Shown: positions 1 to 8,497 of the stretch, in pieces
Layout: every line of letters starts with the position of its first letter
Position numbering within the stretch: position 1 is the stretch's first letter
From: Corynebacterium amycolatum
GTDB lineage: Bacteria > Actinomycetota > Actinomycetes > Mycobacteriales > Mycobacteriaceae
Assembly (NCBI RefSeq): GCF_049243625.1
Contig: NZ_CP046975.1
Reading direction: 5' to 3' (one strand)
Length of the DNA stretch: 32,000 nucleotides
Made by a program: the position numbers and the translations under genes
Notes under the pieces: generated by a model
What the model saw: the letters and a program-made list of their open reading frames with translations, nothing else
The model's database searches: none
Told to the model about the DNA's origin: nothing

Positions 1-1
1 G

Positions 2-190
2 GCAAAGAAGCGCGACAATGTCTATGTGGCTGACTGGTGCCATGGTGTGCGTGACGATTTGTCCAAGCTGCGCGCGGACCTTATCCACCCGACCCCGGAT
101 GGTGCCGAGGTCTATGCCAATGCCGTGGTCGATGCTTTCCAGCAGTATGCGAAGAACAAGAAACGCATTCCGGACACCTGCGGAATCTAA
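2..190 (+). CDS. SGNH/GDSL-family hydrolase, C-terminal fragment (5' end outside the window)
   Basis: Frame 2 is open from the window edge to TAA at 188-190. It reads AKKRDNVYVADWCHGVRDDLSKLRADLIHPTPDGAEVYANAVVDAFQQYAK. 'D..IHPTPDG' is the block V Asp-x-x-His motif of SGNH hydrolases. The track ORF 18-227 is in a different frame and looks like noise. Confidence 0.6.
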   Translation, partial: AKKRDNVYVADWCHGVRDDLSKLRADLIHPTPDGAEVYANAVVDAFQQYAKNKKRIPDTCGI

Positions 191-227
191 TAAAAATCTA
201 GTTAGTAGTGTTTCCACGGTAAAGTAA

Positions 228-1922
228 GTGGCTGTGGCCAAACAAAAGTCTTCCTCCAGTCACCGCGGATTAAAGATTTTCCTCGGCATCGTCCTCGGTA
301 TCTTCGCGCTCTTCGGTGTGTTTTACGCTGTCGATTACGTGCTGAATAAGGACCATGTCCCGCGCGGGTCTACCGTTGCGGGGATTGACATCAGCACGCT
401 GAGCGCGAACCACGCTGAGGCGAAGCTCGAAGAACAGCTCGGTGATCTTTCCACTCATCCAGTGGCGTTGCGTGCCGGCGAGCGCGCGGCGGAGGTTCTG
501 CCCGAGGAGGCGGGGCTGAGCATCGACTGGGAGAAGACGGTCGCTCAGGCGGGCAAGCAGACGGCGAACCCAGTTACCTGGGTGCGCAGTTTCTTTACTA
601 CCCGTGAGCTGGATTTGGTCAGCGATATCGATAGCTCTAAGTTCGAACCGCAGGTCGACCGTCTCGTCGGCGAACTGACTATTGCTCCCGTCGATGGCGA
701 GGTCAAGCTTGTTGACGGCCGCGTGGAAACAACTCCACCGGTCATCGGCCAAGATGTCGACCGCAATGCGGTCAGCGGGGATTTGGCCGCCAAGTGGTTG
801 TCGCCGGAGGGCATCGATGTGGAGACCACCGCGCACGACCCGGCTATCGGTGAAGATCAGGTTCGTGAGGCAGCTGAGGGAGAGGCCGCCGATGCCGTGT
901 CGGGTCCGATTGTTGCCAAGGGCCGCGATGGCAAAGATGGTGTAATTCCTCCGGAGCGCATGGCTGAGATCATCAGCTTTGTGCCGCGCGACGGCGGATT
1001 GGCCGCCGATATCAATGTCGACCGCGCACGCGAGATCCTCGAGGAGGGGCTGGCTGCTTCCGAGGTTGATAAGCGCAATGCGTCGATACGCTTCAGCGGT
1101 GGTTCGCGTGAAGTGGTCCCCTCAGTTGATGGCGTAGCCGTGAAGTGGGATGAAACTATGAAGGACTTCGCCGAGCGTGTGACTTCGACGGATAAGCGCG
1201 AGTTCGATGCGGTCTACGAGGACCAGCCCGCCACCTACACCACTGAACAAGCGGAAAGTGCGACCTTCGATGATGTCATTGGTGAGTTCACCACCGGTGG
1301 TTTCAGCTCGGCATCGGGAACAAACATTGCCCTGGTGTCTCAGATGGTCAACGGCGCATTCGTGGCGCCGGGCGATACATTCAGCCTGAACGGCTACACG
1401 GGGCCGCGCGGTACTGCGCAGGGCTTTGTCGAGTCGGGCATCATCCTCAACGGCCATGCGGACAAGGCTGTCGGCGGTGGCATTAGCCAGTTCGCCACTA
1501 CTTTGTACAATGCTTCGTACTTTGCGGGCATGGAGGATGTCGCGCACACTCCGCACAGTTACTACATTTCGCGTTACCCGGCCGGCCGTGAAGCGACGGT
1601 GTACGAGGGCGCAATCGACCTGGCGTTTAAGAACAGTTCCGACACTCCGATTCTTATCGAGGCCGTTACTACTGGCTCCGACGTCACTGTGCGCATCAAG
1701 GGCGTGAAGCGGGTCAACGTCGAGTCCATCAATGGTGGCCGTTGGGCATACACGCAACCGCAGCGCATGCAGGTCAGTGGCAGCTCTTGCCAGCCGTCGT
1801 CGGGTGCGCAGGGTTTTACCACTTCCGACACACGCGTCATTCGGAACCTCTCTGGCGCGGAAATCTCGCGTGAAACTCAGACTACGGTTTATGACCCGCA
1901 GCCAATTGTGTCCTGTGGCTAG
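228..1922 (+). CDS. VanW-domain protein with an N-terminal membrane anchor
   Basis: 564-aa ORF with a GTG start. The N-terminus has a TM helix (LKIFLGIVLGIFALFGVFYAV). The C-terminal half carries the VanW signature (FSLNGYTGPRG..GFVESGIILNG...GGGISQFATTLYNASYFAGMEDV.HTPHSYYISRYPAGREATV). Confidence 0.8.
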   Translation: MAVAKQKSSSSHRGLKIFLGIVLGIFALFGVFYAVDYVLNKDHVPRGSTVAGIDISTLSANHAEAKLEEQLGDLSTHPVALRAGERAAEVLPEEAGLSIDWEKTVAQAGKQTANPVTWVRSFFTTRELDLVSDIDSSKFEPQVDRLVGELTIAPVDGEVKLVDGRVETTPPVIGQDVDRNAVSGDLAAKWLSPEGIDVETTAHDPAIGEDQVREAAEGEAADAVSGPIVAKGRDGKDGVIPPERMAEIISFVPRDGGLAADINVDRAREILEEGLAASEVDKRNASIRFSGGSREVVPSVDGVAVKWDETMKDFAERVTSTDKREFDAVYEDQPATYTTEQAESATFDDVIGEFTTGGFSSASGTNIALVSQMVNGAFVAPGDTFSLNGYTGPRGTAQGFVESGIILNGHADKAVGGGISQFATTLYNASYFAGMEDVAHTPHSYYISRYPAGREATVYEGAIDLAFKNSSDTPILIEAVTTGSDVTVRIKGVKRVNVESINGGRWAYTQPQRMQVSGSSCQPSSGAQGFTTSDTRVIRNLSGAEISRETQTTVYDPQPIVSCG

Positions 1923-2023
1923 TCTGGATTCGCCTGCGCGACCGGCTAAAGTAATACAGCATTGACAATGCAACAGTCCGCGATACCAAAACTCATAAAC
2001 CCCCAAGGAGTGGTCTAGCAACA

Positions 2024-3367
2024 ATGGCACGTCTTTTCGGAACTGATGGCGTCCGCGGTTTGGCGAATAAGACTCTGACCGCACCGCTGGCAATGCGGCT
2101 GGGTGCTGCTGCGGCCACTGTGCTGACTAGCGGCACGAATCCATCGGGGCGTCGTCCCCTGGCCATTGTTGGCCGCGATCCGCGTGTCTCCGGTGAGATG
2201 CTCGCCGCAGCGCTGTCTGCCGGCATGGCTTCCCAGGGCGTCGACGTCTTGCGTGTCGGTGTGCTGCCCACTCCGGCTGTCGCTTTCCTCACCGACGACT
2301 ACGGTGCCGACATGGGGGTGATGATTTCGGCTTCTCACAACCCCATGCCGGACAACGGCATCAAGTTCTTCGCCGCGGGCGGCACCAAGCTTGACGACGC
2401 GGTGGAGAAGGAAATCGAACACGCTCTCCACAACCTGCCGGAGACCGGCCCCACGGGCACCGGAGTGGGTCGTGTCATCGAGGAGGCCCCAGACGGGCTC
2501 GACCGCTACCTGTTCCACCTCTCCCGTGCGGTCAGTACCAAGCTCGACGGCATTCGCGTCGTGGTGGATTGTGCAAATGGTGCTGCTTCGCAGGCAGCCC
2601 CCATGGCGTACGCGGCCGCCGGTGCCGACGTCGTCGCTATTCACGACAAGCCGAACTCTTACAACATCAACGATAACTGCGGTTCCACCCACATTGAGGT
2701 TTTGCGCGCGGCAGTGCTGGAGCACGGCGCGGATCTGGGACTGGCTCACGATGGTGATGCCGACCGCTGCCTGGCTGTGGATTCGCAGGGCAACATCGTC
2801 GACGGTGATCAAATCATGGCCATTCTGGCCGTCGCCATGAAGGAAGAGGGGCTGTTGCACCACAACACGCTGGTGGCCACTGTGATGAGCAACCTCGGCC
2901 TCAAGCTGGCGATGGAGGAAAACGATATCGCCCTGCGCACCACCAAGGTCGGCGACCGCTATGTGCTGGCTGATTTGAACGCTGGCGGTTACTCGCTCGG
3001 CGGTGAGCAGTCGGGGCACGTGGTCATTCCGGATCACGCCACCACTGGTGACGGCACCCTCACTGGTCTGTACCTCATGGCGCGGATGGCACGCACTGGT
3101 AAGTCTCTGGCTGAGCTGGCCTCGGTAATGAAGGTGCTGCCGCAGACTCTTATCAACGTGCCGGTGTCCAACAAGGCCGCAATTCTGGAGTCTAATGAGG
3201 TCAAGGCCGCCATCGATGCAGCCGAGGAGAAGCTGGGCTCCACCGGTCGCGTGCTGTTGCGCCCGTCCGGCACCGAGGAGCTCTTCCGCGTCATGGTGGA
3301 GGCCGCCGATGCGGAATCGGCCCGCAAGATTGCCGGGGAGTTAGCTGCGGTTGTGGCCGCAGTCTAA
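2024..3367 (+). CDS. glmM: Phosphoglucosamine mutase
   Basis: 447 aa. It starts [16 protein letters not shown], has the phosphoserine loop [16 protein letters not shown] and the metal site [15 protein letters not shown] lies upstream of the ATG. Confidence 0.95.
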   Translation: MARLFGTDGVRGLANKTLTAPLAMRLGAAAATVLTSGTNPSGRRPLAIVGRDPRVSGEMLAAALSAGMASQGVDVLRVGVLPTPAVAFLTDDYGADMGVMISASHNPMPDNGIKFFAAGGTKLDDAVEKEIEHALHNLPETGPTGTGVGRVIEEAPDGLDRYLFHLSRAVSTKLDGIRVVVDCANGAASQAAPMAYAAAGADVVAIHDKPNSYNINDNCGSTHIEVLRAAVLEHGADLGLAHDGDADRCLAVDSQGNIVDGDQIMAILAVAMKEEGLLHHNTLVATVMSNLGLKLAMEENDIALRTTKVGDRYVLADLNAGGYSLGGEQSGHVVIPDHATTGDGTLTGLYLMARMARTGKSLAELASVMKVLPQTLINVPVSNKAAILESNEVKAAIDAAEEKLGSTGRVLLRPSGTEELFRVMVEAADAESARKIAGELAAVVAAV

Positions 3368-3383
3368 AGTCAGGAGTGTGGAA

Positions 3384-4040
3384 ATGAATGATGCGCCAGA
3401 GGACATTAAAGCCCGCTTTGCCCCGGGTGAAGCCGACATCCAGGTAGAGGTAGTCGATCGTGACGGTCGAGTTCTCGGTACCGTCGGCAAGCTTGAAGCA
3501 CACGTTCCGCCGGGAATTTTGCACCGTGCCTTTTCTCTTTTCCTCTTCGATGAGCAGGGACGCATGCTGCTGCAGCGCCGTGCGGAGTCGAAGTATCACT
3601 CACCACTGCTGCTGACGAATGCGACCTGCTCGCACCCACTGCCGGGGGAGCCGGTGGCGGATGCCGTTGAGCGTCGTGCGAAGGAAGAGCTCGGTGCGGA
3701 TGTCTCCCAGTTGGAGGAAATCGGCATCGTTATCTACCAGGTCATCGATGATCGTTCGGGACTGGCGGAGCACGAGTACAACCATGTCTACGCCGGCATC
3801 GTCGATCCGAAGTCGGTGGATATCAACCCCGATGAGGTCGATGAAGTGGTGTACGTGACCCCGCAGGAGCTCGCCGAACGCCGCGCGAACGAACCGATGA
3901 CGGAGTGGTTTAACCACGTCTGGGGTGTTGGTGCGGAGAAGTTCTCCAAGTACGGTTTCGACATTGCGGGTGTGCCGGGTATCCATGGCCCCGCGGAGGC
4001 GCAGGCTGCCGCACAGTCGGTTTCGGAAAGGGATGTGTAG
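3384..4040 (+). CDS. idi: Isopentenyl-diphosphate delta-isomerase, type 1 (Nudix fold)
   Basis: HRAFSLFLFDEQGRMLLQRRAESKYHSP..TNATCSHP and EHEYNHVYAG are type-1 IDI motifs. I chose the ATG at 3384 because CAGGAG lies 8 nt upstream. The track ORF begins at 3351. Confidence 0.85.
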   Translation: MNDAPEDIKARFAPGEADIQVEVVDRDGRVLGTVGKLEAHVPPGILHRAFSLFLFDEQGRMLLQRRAESKYHSPLLLTNATCSHPLPGEPVADAVERRAKEELGADVSQLEEIGIVIYQVIDDRSGLAEHEYNHVYAGIVDPKSVDINPDEVDEVVYVTPQELAERRANEPMTEWFNHVWGVGAEKFSKYGFDIAGVPGIHGPAEAQAAAQSVSERDV

Positions 4041-5070
4041 CTTCGTGACCAGCGTAGAAAACGCCAGCGTCGACGACTTCGGCCTCGACAAGTCCGAGGA
4101 ATTGGAGACCGGAGAGTTCTATGCCCTGGCCAACGAGCAGGGTGCCGCATTCGGTGAAGGGCATGCCAAGTCGATTCTGTTGGGCGAGCATTCTGTCGTC
4201 TATGGCAAGCCGGCTATTGCGCTGCCGGTGACATCGCTGCGCACGATGGCGTGGATTGACCGCGTGGAGGATTCTCCCGTGCTGTTTTCCATGGATGGCG
4301 AGGTCATTGACATCGACGAGCTGCCGGAGCGCTTTTCCTCCATCGCCGCTGCACTCCGCGCTGGCCTGCGCACCTTCGGTATTCCCGAACGTGACCTGCT
4401 GATTCGTCTCCGCTCCGGTATCCCACCCGCCGCAGGGCTGGGTGGTTCCGCCGCTGTGGCACATGCGCTTATCGACGCAGTGCGTGACCTCGCCGATGGC
4501 ACTTTGACCGAGCGTCAGCGCTTTGACCTGGTGCAGGAAGCTGAGCGTCTGGCGCACGGTAACCCCTCTGGCCTGGATGCCACGGTTGCCCGTGCGTCTC
4601 GTCCGGTCTACTTCAAGCAGGGGGAGTTCCATCCGCTGCAGGTAGCCAAGAAGATGTGGCTGGTGCTGGGGGATACCGGTGTGCGTGGCTCGACGTCGCT
4701 GGCCGTTGCCCGCGTGCGTGGTTTCGTCGATTCCCATCGAGTCCACGGCCAAGAGTTGTTGGACCACTTGGGGCAGCTGACCGATGCTGCGGTGCACAAC
4801 CTGGCCAAGGGCGATTTTGCCCGTCTGGGACATCGCATGGACTCGGCGCAGGAAGCGCTAGAGGAACTAGGTGTTGGGCATGAGTCCATCACTGATCTCG
4901 TCACTGCCGCACGTCTGGCAGGTGCCCACGGTGCAAAGCTCACTGGTGCCGGTTGCGGCGGCTGTGTGATGGCGCTGGCAGAGTCCGCCGATCACGCGGA
5001 ACTGATTAGCCATGCCATGATGGGCGCCAATGCCGTTGCTACTTGGACTGTGGAGGTAAATCCCTCGTGA
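4033..5070 (+). CDS. mvk: Mevalonate kinase (GHMP kinase)
   Basis: GEGHAKSILLGEHSVVYGKPAIALPV (MVK motif I), PPAAGLGGSAAVAHA (GHMP ATP loop) and KLTGAGCGGCVMAL. The start is ambiguous: ATG 4033 overlaps the idi stop as ATGTGTAG, and GTG 4045 is the alternative. Confidence 0.85.
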   Translation: MCSFVTSVENASVDDFGLDKSEELETGEFYALANEQGAAFGEGHAKSILLGEHSVVYGKPAIALPVTSLRTMAWIDRVEDSPVLFSMDGEVIDIDELPERFSSIAAALRAGLRTFGIPERDLLIRLRSGIPPAAGLGGSAAVAHALIDAVRDLADGTLTERQRFDLVQEAERLAHGNPSGLDATVARASRPVYFKQGEFHPLQVAKKMWLVLGDTGVRGSTSLAVARVRGFVDSHRVHGQELLDHLGQLTDAAVHNLAKGDFARLGHRMDSAQEALEELGVGHESITDLVTAARLAGAHGAKLTGAGCGGCVMALAESADHAELISHAMMGANAVATWTVEVNPS

Positions 5071-6044
5071 CCACGACCGCTACCGCCGTCGCTCATCCCA
5101 ACATCGCCCTGATTAAATACTGGGGCAAGCGCGATGAGGCCGTGCAGCTGCCGGCCACAGGTTCGCTGTCCCTTACTCTGGGCATCGCTCCGACGACCAC
5201 CACGGTGTCGCTTATCGACGACCCCAGCGTCACCGCCGACTTGGGCACTTTGAACGGCCAGGAGATGGCGGGCAAGGATCTGTCCCGTGTTCAGAAGTTT
5301 TTGGATTTGGTCCGCGAGCGTGCGGGCAGCACTAGCTTCGCAGAGGTGACCAGCACCAACGAGATTCCGACGGGCGCTGGACTGGCCTCGTCCGCGTCAG
5401 GCTTCGGTGCTCTCGCGCTGGCCGCGGCGAAGGCCTACGGCCTGGACTACACCCCGGAACAGCTCTCGGCTCTGGCCCGTCGCGGTTCGGGCTCGGCCTG
5501 TCGCTCTATTTTCGGCGGCCTCGTCGAGTGGCTGCCCGGCGATGACGATGCTTCGAGCCATGCAGTGGCTCTGCCGGATTCCGGCCTGGACCTCTCCCTG
5601 GTCGTGGCGGTTTTGGCCCCAGGCCGCAAGAAGATTGACAGCCGTGCCGCCATGCGTCGCACGGTCGAGACCTCACCGTTCTTCCCGGCGTGGGTGGAGC
5701 AGGTGCCCCGCGATATCGAGGACATGAAGGCCGCCATTGCCGCTGCGGACTTCACTGCGGTCGGCGAGCTTGCCGAGGCCAATGCCATGCGTATGCACGC
5801 CACTATGCTGGGGGCTCTTCCTCCGGTGCGTTACTGGAATCCGGATTCGGTGGCGGCTCTCGATCTCGTCGCTACGCTGCGCGACGAGGGCACCGAGTGC
5901 TACGCCACCATGGATGCCGGTCCGAATGTGAAGGTGCTGTGCCGCAGCGGCGATGCCGAGACCATCGCGGATCGTTTCCGCGCAGAGTTCGAGAATATTG
6001 ACGTGCTGGTTTCCGGCTCCGGCCCCGGCGCATACCTGGTGTAG
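5067..6044 (+). CDS. mvaD: Diphosphomevalonate decarboxylase
   Basis: AHPNIALIKYWGKRDE, PTGAGLASSASGFGALA and MDAGPNVKVL. The GTG start overlaps the mvk stop (GTGA), with GGAGG 10 nt upstream. Confidence 0.9.
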   Translation: MTTTATAVAHPNIALIKYWGKRDEAVQLPATGSLSLTLGIAPTTTTVSLIDDPSVTADLGTLNGQEMAGKDLSRVQKFLDLVRERAGSTSFAEVTSTNEIPTGAGLASSASGFGALALAAAKAYGLDYTPEQLSALARRGSGSACRSIFGGLVEWLPGDDDASSHAVALPDSGLDLSLVVAVLAPGRKKIDSRAAMRRTVETSPFFPAWVEQVPRDIEDMKAAIAAADFTAVGELAEANAMRMHATMLGALPPVRYWNPDSVAALDLVATLRDEGTECYATMDAGPNVKVLCRSGDAETIADRFRAEFENIDVLVSGSGPGAYLV

Positions 6045-6056
6045 CTGGGGGAGTAG

Positions 6057-7154
6057 TTGAGTAGCGCTAAGGGCGAACCTCTCGAAGGCGAATCGATTGG
6101 CCGCGGCTGTGGCAAACTGTATCTCACCGGCGAATATGCGGTGATGGATGTTGAGGGGCTGGCCGTCATCGCAGGAGTCAACCGCTATGTGACGGTTCGG
6201 TGCCACGATGCCGACCCATCGCAGCCGGTCTCTCGCGTGTACTCCAGCTATTACGGCCCGCAGGGGCGCGTCATTGATATCGATGCGCCAGGTGACATTG
6301 CTACCTATACGATTTCCCTGGTCTATCGCATTGCTGCGGGCGAGCTGGAAAACACCCCAGAGAGCCCCATCAATATTGTCATTGAATCGGACCTCGATGA
6401 CGCCGACAGCGGTGCGAAGTACGGCCTGGGATCCTCCGGGGCTGTCGCTGTGGCAGTGACTCGTGCGCTGGGAGCGCACCTAGGCCTGGAGCTCAATTCG
6501 CTGGACGTGTACAAGATTGCGATGGTGGCCACGCTTCTGGCTGGTGCGGCTGGTTCCGGCGGCGATATCGCGTGCTCCGCGCACGGCGGGGTGGTGCTCT
6601 ATCGCCGGCCGAATCCGACGGCGCTCGCAGAACTCGTGGCGGCTGATCCTGTCGCTGCCGTGGCGGCACCGTGGCCGAATCTTCGCATTGACGCCCGTGC
6701 CGACCTCGGCGGGTTACAACTGTTGGTCGGCTGGACGGGCAGTCCGGTGAAGACGGACTCTCAGTTGAAGAAGGCCGGTGGCGCAGACCGTGTTTTTGTA
6801 CGCGGGGTCTCGTCGATAAGCGAAAAACTCTGGCAGGCGCTTGCCGACGGCGACCACACAGCGGCGTTTGCCTGCCTGCGCGAGAATCGGACGCTGCTGC
6901 AGGACTATGAGCGCGAGCGTGCTGTGTGCATTGAGACGGAGAAACTGAAAGCGCTCGCCGACATCGCCGATGGCGCGGGGGCCGCGGGCAAGAGCAGTGG
7001 CTCCGGTGGTGGTGACTGTGGAATCGCGCTGGTCGGAGCCTCAAATGGTGCCGATGCTGAGAGTTCGACCCGAGAGACTGCCGCGGACATCACCGCGCGC
7101 TGGCAGGCAGCTGGCATTCGGCCGTTGTCGCTGAAGCTGGCCGCTCAACTTTGA
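6057..7154 (+). CDS. mvaK2: Phosphomevalonate kinase (GHMP family)
   Basis: GKLYLTGEYAVMD, GLGSSGAVAVAV and GKSSGSGGGDCGIAL. TTG start with GGGGGAG 5 nt upstream. Confidence 0.8.
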   Translation: MSSAKGEPLEGESIGRGCGKLYLTGEYAVMDVEGLAVIAGVNRYVTVRCHDADPSQPVSRVYSSYYGPQGRVIDIDAPGDIATYTISLVYRIAAGELENTPESPINIVIESDLDDADSGAKYGLGSSGAVAVAVTRALGAHLGLELNSLDVYKIAMVATLLAGAAGSGGDIACSAHGGVVLYRRPNPTALAELVAADPVAAVAAPWPNLRIDARADLGGLQLLVGWTGSPVKTDSQLKKAGGADRVFVRGVSSISEKLWQALADGDHTAAFACLRENRTLLQDYERERAVCIETEKLKALADIADGAGAAGKSSGSGGGDCGIALVGASNGADAESSTRETAADITARWQAAGIRPLSLKLAAQL

Positions 7155-7213
7155 CCACAGTTTTTTGACCGTAGAATTTAAGACAGCTGAAATTTACAGA
7201 AGCTGGGAACCGA

Positions 7214-7227
7214 AGCTGCATGCAGCT
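7214..7227. promoter_or_regulatory. Perfect 14-bp palindrome AGCTGCATGCAGCT, 21 nt upstream of the hmgR start (candidate operator)
   Basis: Read directly from the sequence. It lies in the 93-bp pmk-hmgR spacer, which also contains further AGCTG copies (around 7185 and 7201). Confidence 0.3.
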
Positions 7228-7247
7228 AGAAAGGGTCGCTTAGGATA

Positions 7248-8303
7248 ATGGCTGAAAAGAGCTCGCACGACCTGGAATATGCACACGTACCACTGAGCTG
7301 GATTGGCCCGGTGCGCATTAGTGGCAACGTCATGAATGACGAGGTGAAGATTCCGCTGGCGACTTACGAGACCCCGCTGTGGCCGTCCTGTGGTCGCGGT
7401 GCGAAGGTCTCCCGCATGATTGAAGGTGGCATTACCTGTACTTTCGTCGGCGAGAAGATGACCCGCTCGGTGATTTTCACTCTCGACTCGGCAGCTGATG
7501 CCGTCATTGCACGCGACAACATCCTGTCTCGTTATGACGAGCTGAAGAAGGTCGTGGAGTCCTCCTCGCGTTTTGCCAGGCTGGTGGATATTCACTTTCA
7601 GATCGCATCGCGTCTGCTCTTTGTCCGCTTTGACTTCTTCTCCGGTGACGCCTCGGGCCACAACATGGCCACGCTGGCGTCTGAGCGTTTGATGTCCTAC
7701 CTGATGGAGCAGATGCCAGAGTTGGGCTATGGCTCTATCTCGGGAAACTACTGCACCGATAAGAAGACCTCCGCCGTCAATGGCATTTTGGGTCGCGGTA
7801 AGTACGTGATTGCCGAAGCCGTCATTCCAGAGCCAGTTGTCCGCGAACGTCTGCGCACAACTGCCAAGCGTCTGGCCGAGCTCAACGAGCGCAAGAACCT
7901 CGTCGGCTCCATCATGGCCGGTTCGCTGCGCAGCGGTAATGCGCACTACGCCAATATGCTGCTGGGCTTTTACCTCGCTACCGGTCAGGACGCTGCGAAT
8001 ATCGTCGAGGGCTCGCAGGGGCTGACGCAGGTAGAGGCGCTTGACGACGGCTCCGTGCGCTTTAGCTGCACCCTGCCACATTTGATCGTCGGTTCCGTGG
8101 GCAACGGCAAGGGCTTGGACTTCGTGGAGAAGAATCTCACGGCGCTGGGCTGCAAGGAGGACCGTGAGCCGGGTGAGAATGCCCGTCGTCTAGCAGCGTG
8201 CTGTGCGGCAATCGTCTGGTGTGGTGAGCTTTCCCTGCTCGCGGCACAGACGAACCCGGGTGAGCTGATGGAGGCGCACGTTTCTATCGAGCGGGCGAAG
8301 TAG
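7248..8303 (+). CDS. hmgR: HMG-CoA reductase, short (~350 aa) class I Streptomyces-type
   Basis: VPLSWIGPVRISGNV..IPLATYETPLWPSCGRGAKV, GDASGHNMAT, CTDKKTSAVNGILGRGKYV, ATGQDAANIVEGSQG, LIVGSVGNGKGL and AQTNPGELM. This is nearly colinear with the Streptomyces MVA-cluster HMGR as I remember it. Confidence 0.9.
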   Translation: MAEKSSHDLEYAHVPLSWIGPVRISGNVMNDEVKIPLATYETPLWPSCGRGAKVSRMIEGGITCTFVGEKMTRSVIFTLDSAADAVIARDNILSRYDELKKVVESSSRFARLVDIHFQIASRLLFVRFDFFSGDASGHNMATLASERLMSYLMEQMPELGYGSISGNYCTDKKTSAVNGILGRGKYVIAEAVIPEPVVRERLRTTAKRLAELNERKNLVGSIMAGSLRSGNAHYANMLLGFYLATGQDAANIVEGSQGLTQVEALDDGSVRFSCTLPHLIVGSVGNGKGLDFVEKNLTALGCKEDREPGENARRLAACCAAIVWCGELSLLAAQTNPGELMEAHVSIERAK

Positions 8304-8402
8304 TGCGTCGCAACAATTCGCAAAACCTAAGACAAATCTCAGGTAAACGCGCTAGATTTCTGTAGTAGGCAATTAACATTTTGTGGGCAAAATATCCCGT
8401 GG

Positions 8403-8433
8403 TCTGATGACGGCTCTGATGGTCGTTCTGATG
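8403..8433. repeat. Three direct TCTGATG repeats at exact 12-bp spacing (8403, 8415, 8427)
   Basis: GTCTGATGACGG / CTCTGATGGTCG / TTCTGATGACAT. They sit in the AT-richer 194-bp hmgR-hmgS spacer. Related TCTGTAG copies occur at 8359 and 8469. Confidence 0.6.
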
Positions 8434-8497
8434 ACATGGGATGTTTCGTTGCCCGTTATTTCTTAAAATCTGTAGAGGTAGTGAAGGCACGGTTTTG

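Noticed and set aside
18-227. 69-aa ORF from the track at the left edge
   Set aside because: The translation is compositionally odd (Met/Ser/Arg/Cys-rich). It overlaps a different frame (2-190) that gives a clean SGNH-hydrolase C-terminus with the D-x-x-H motif.
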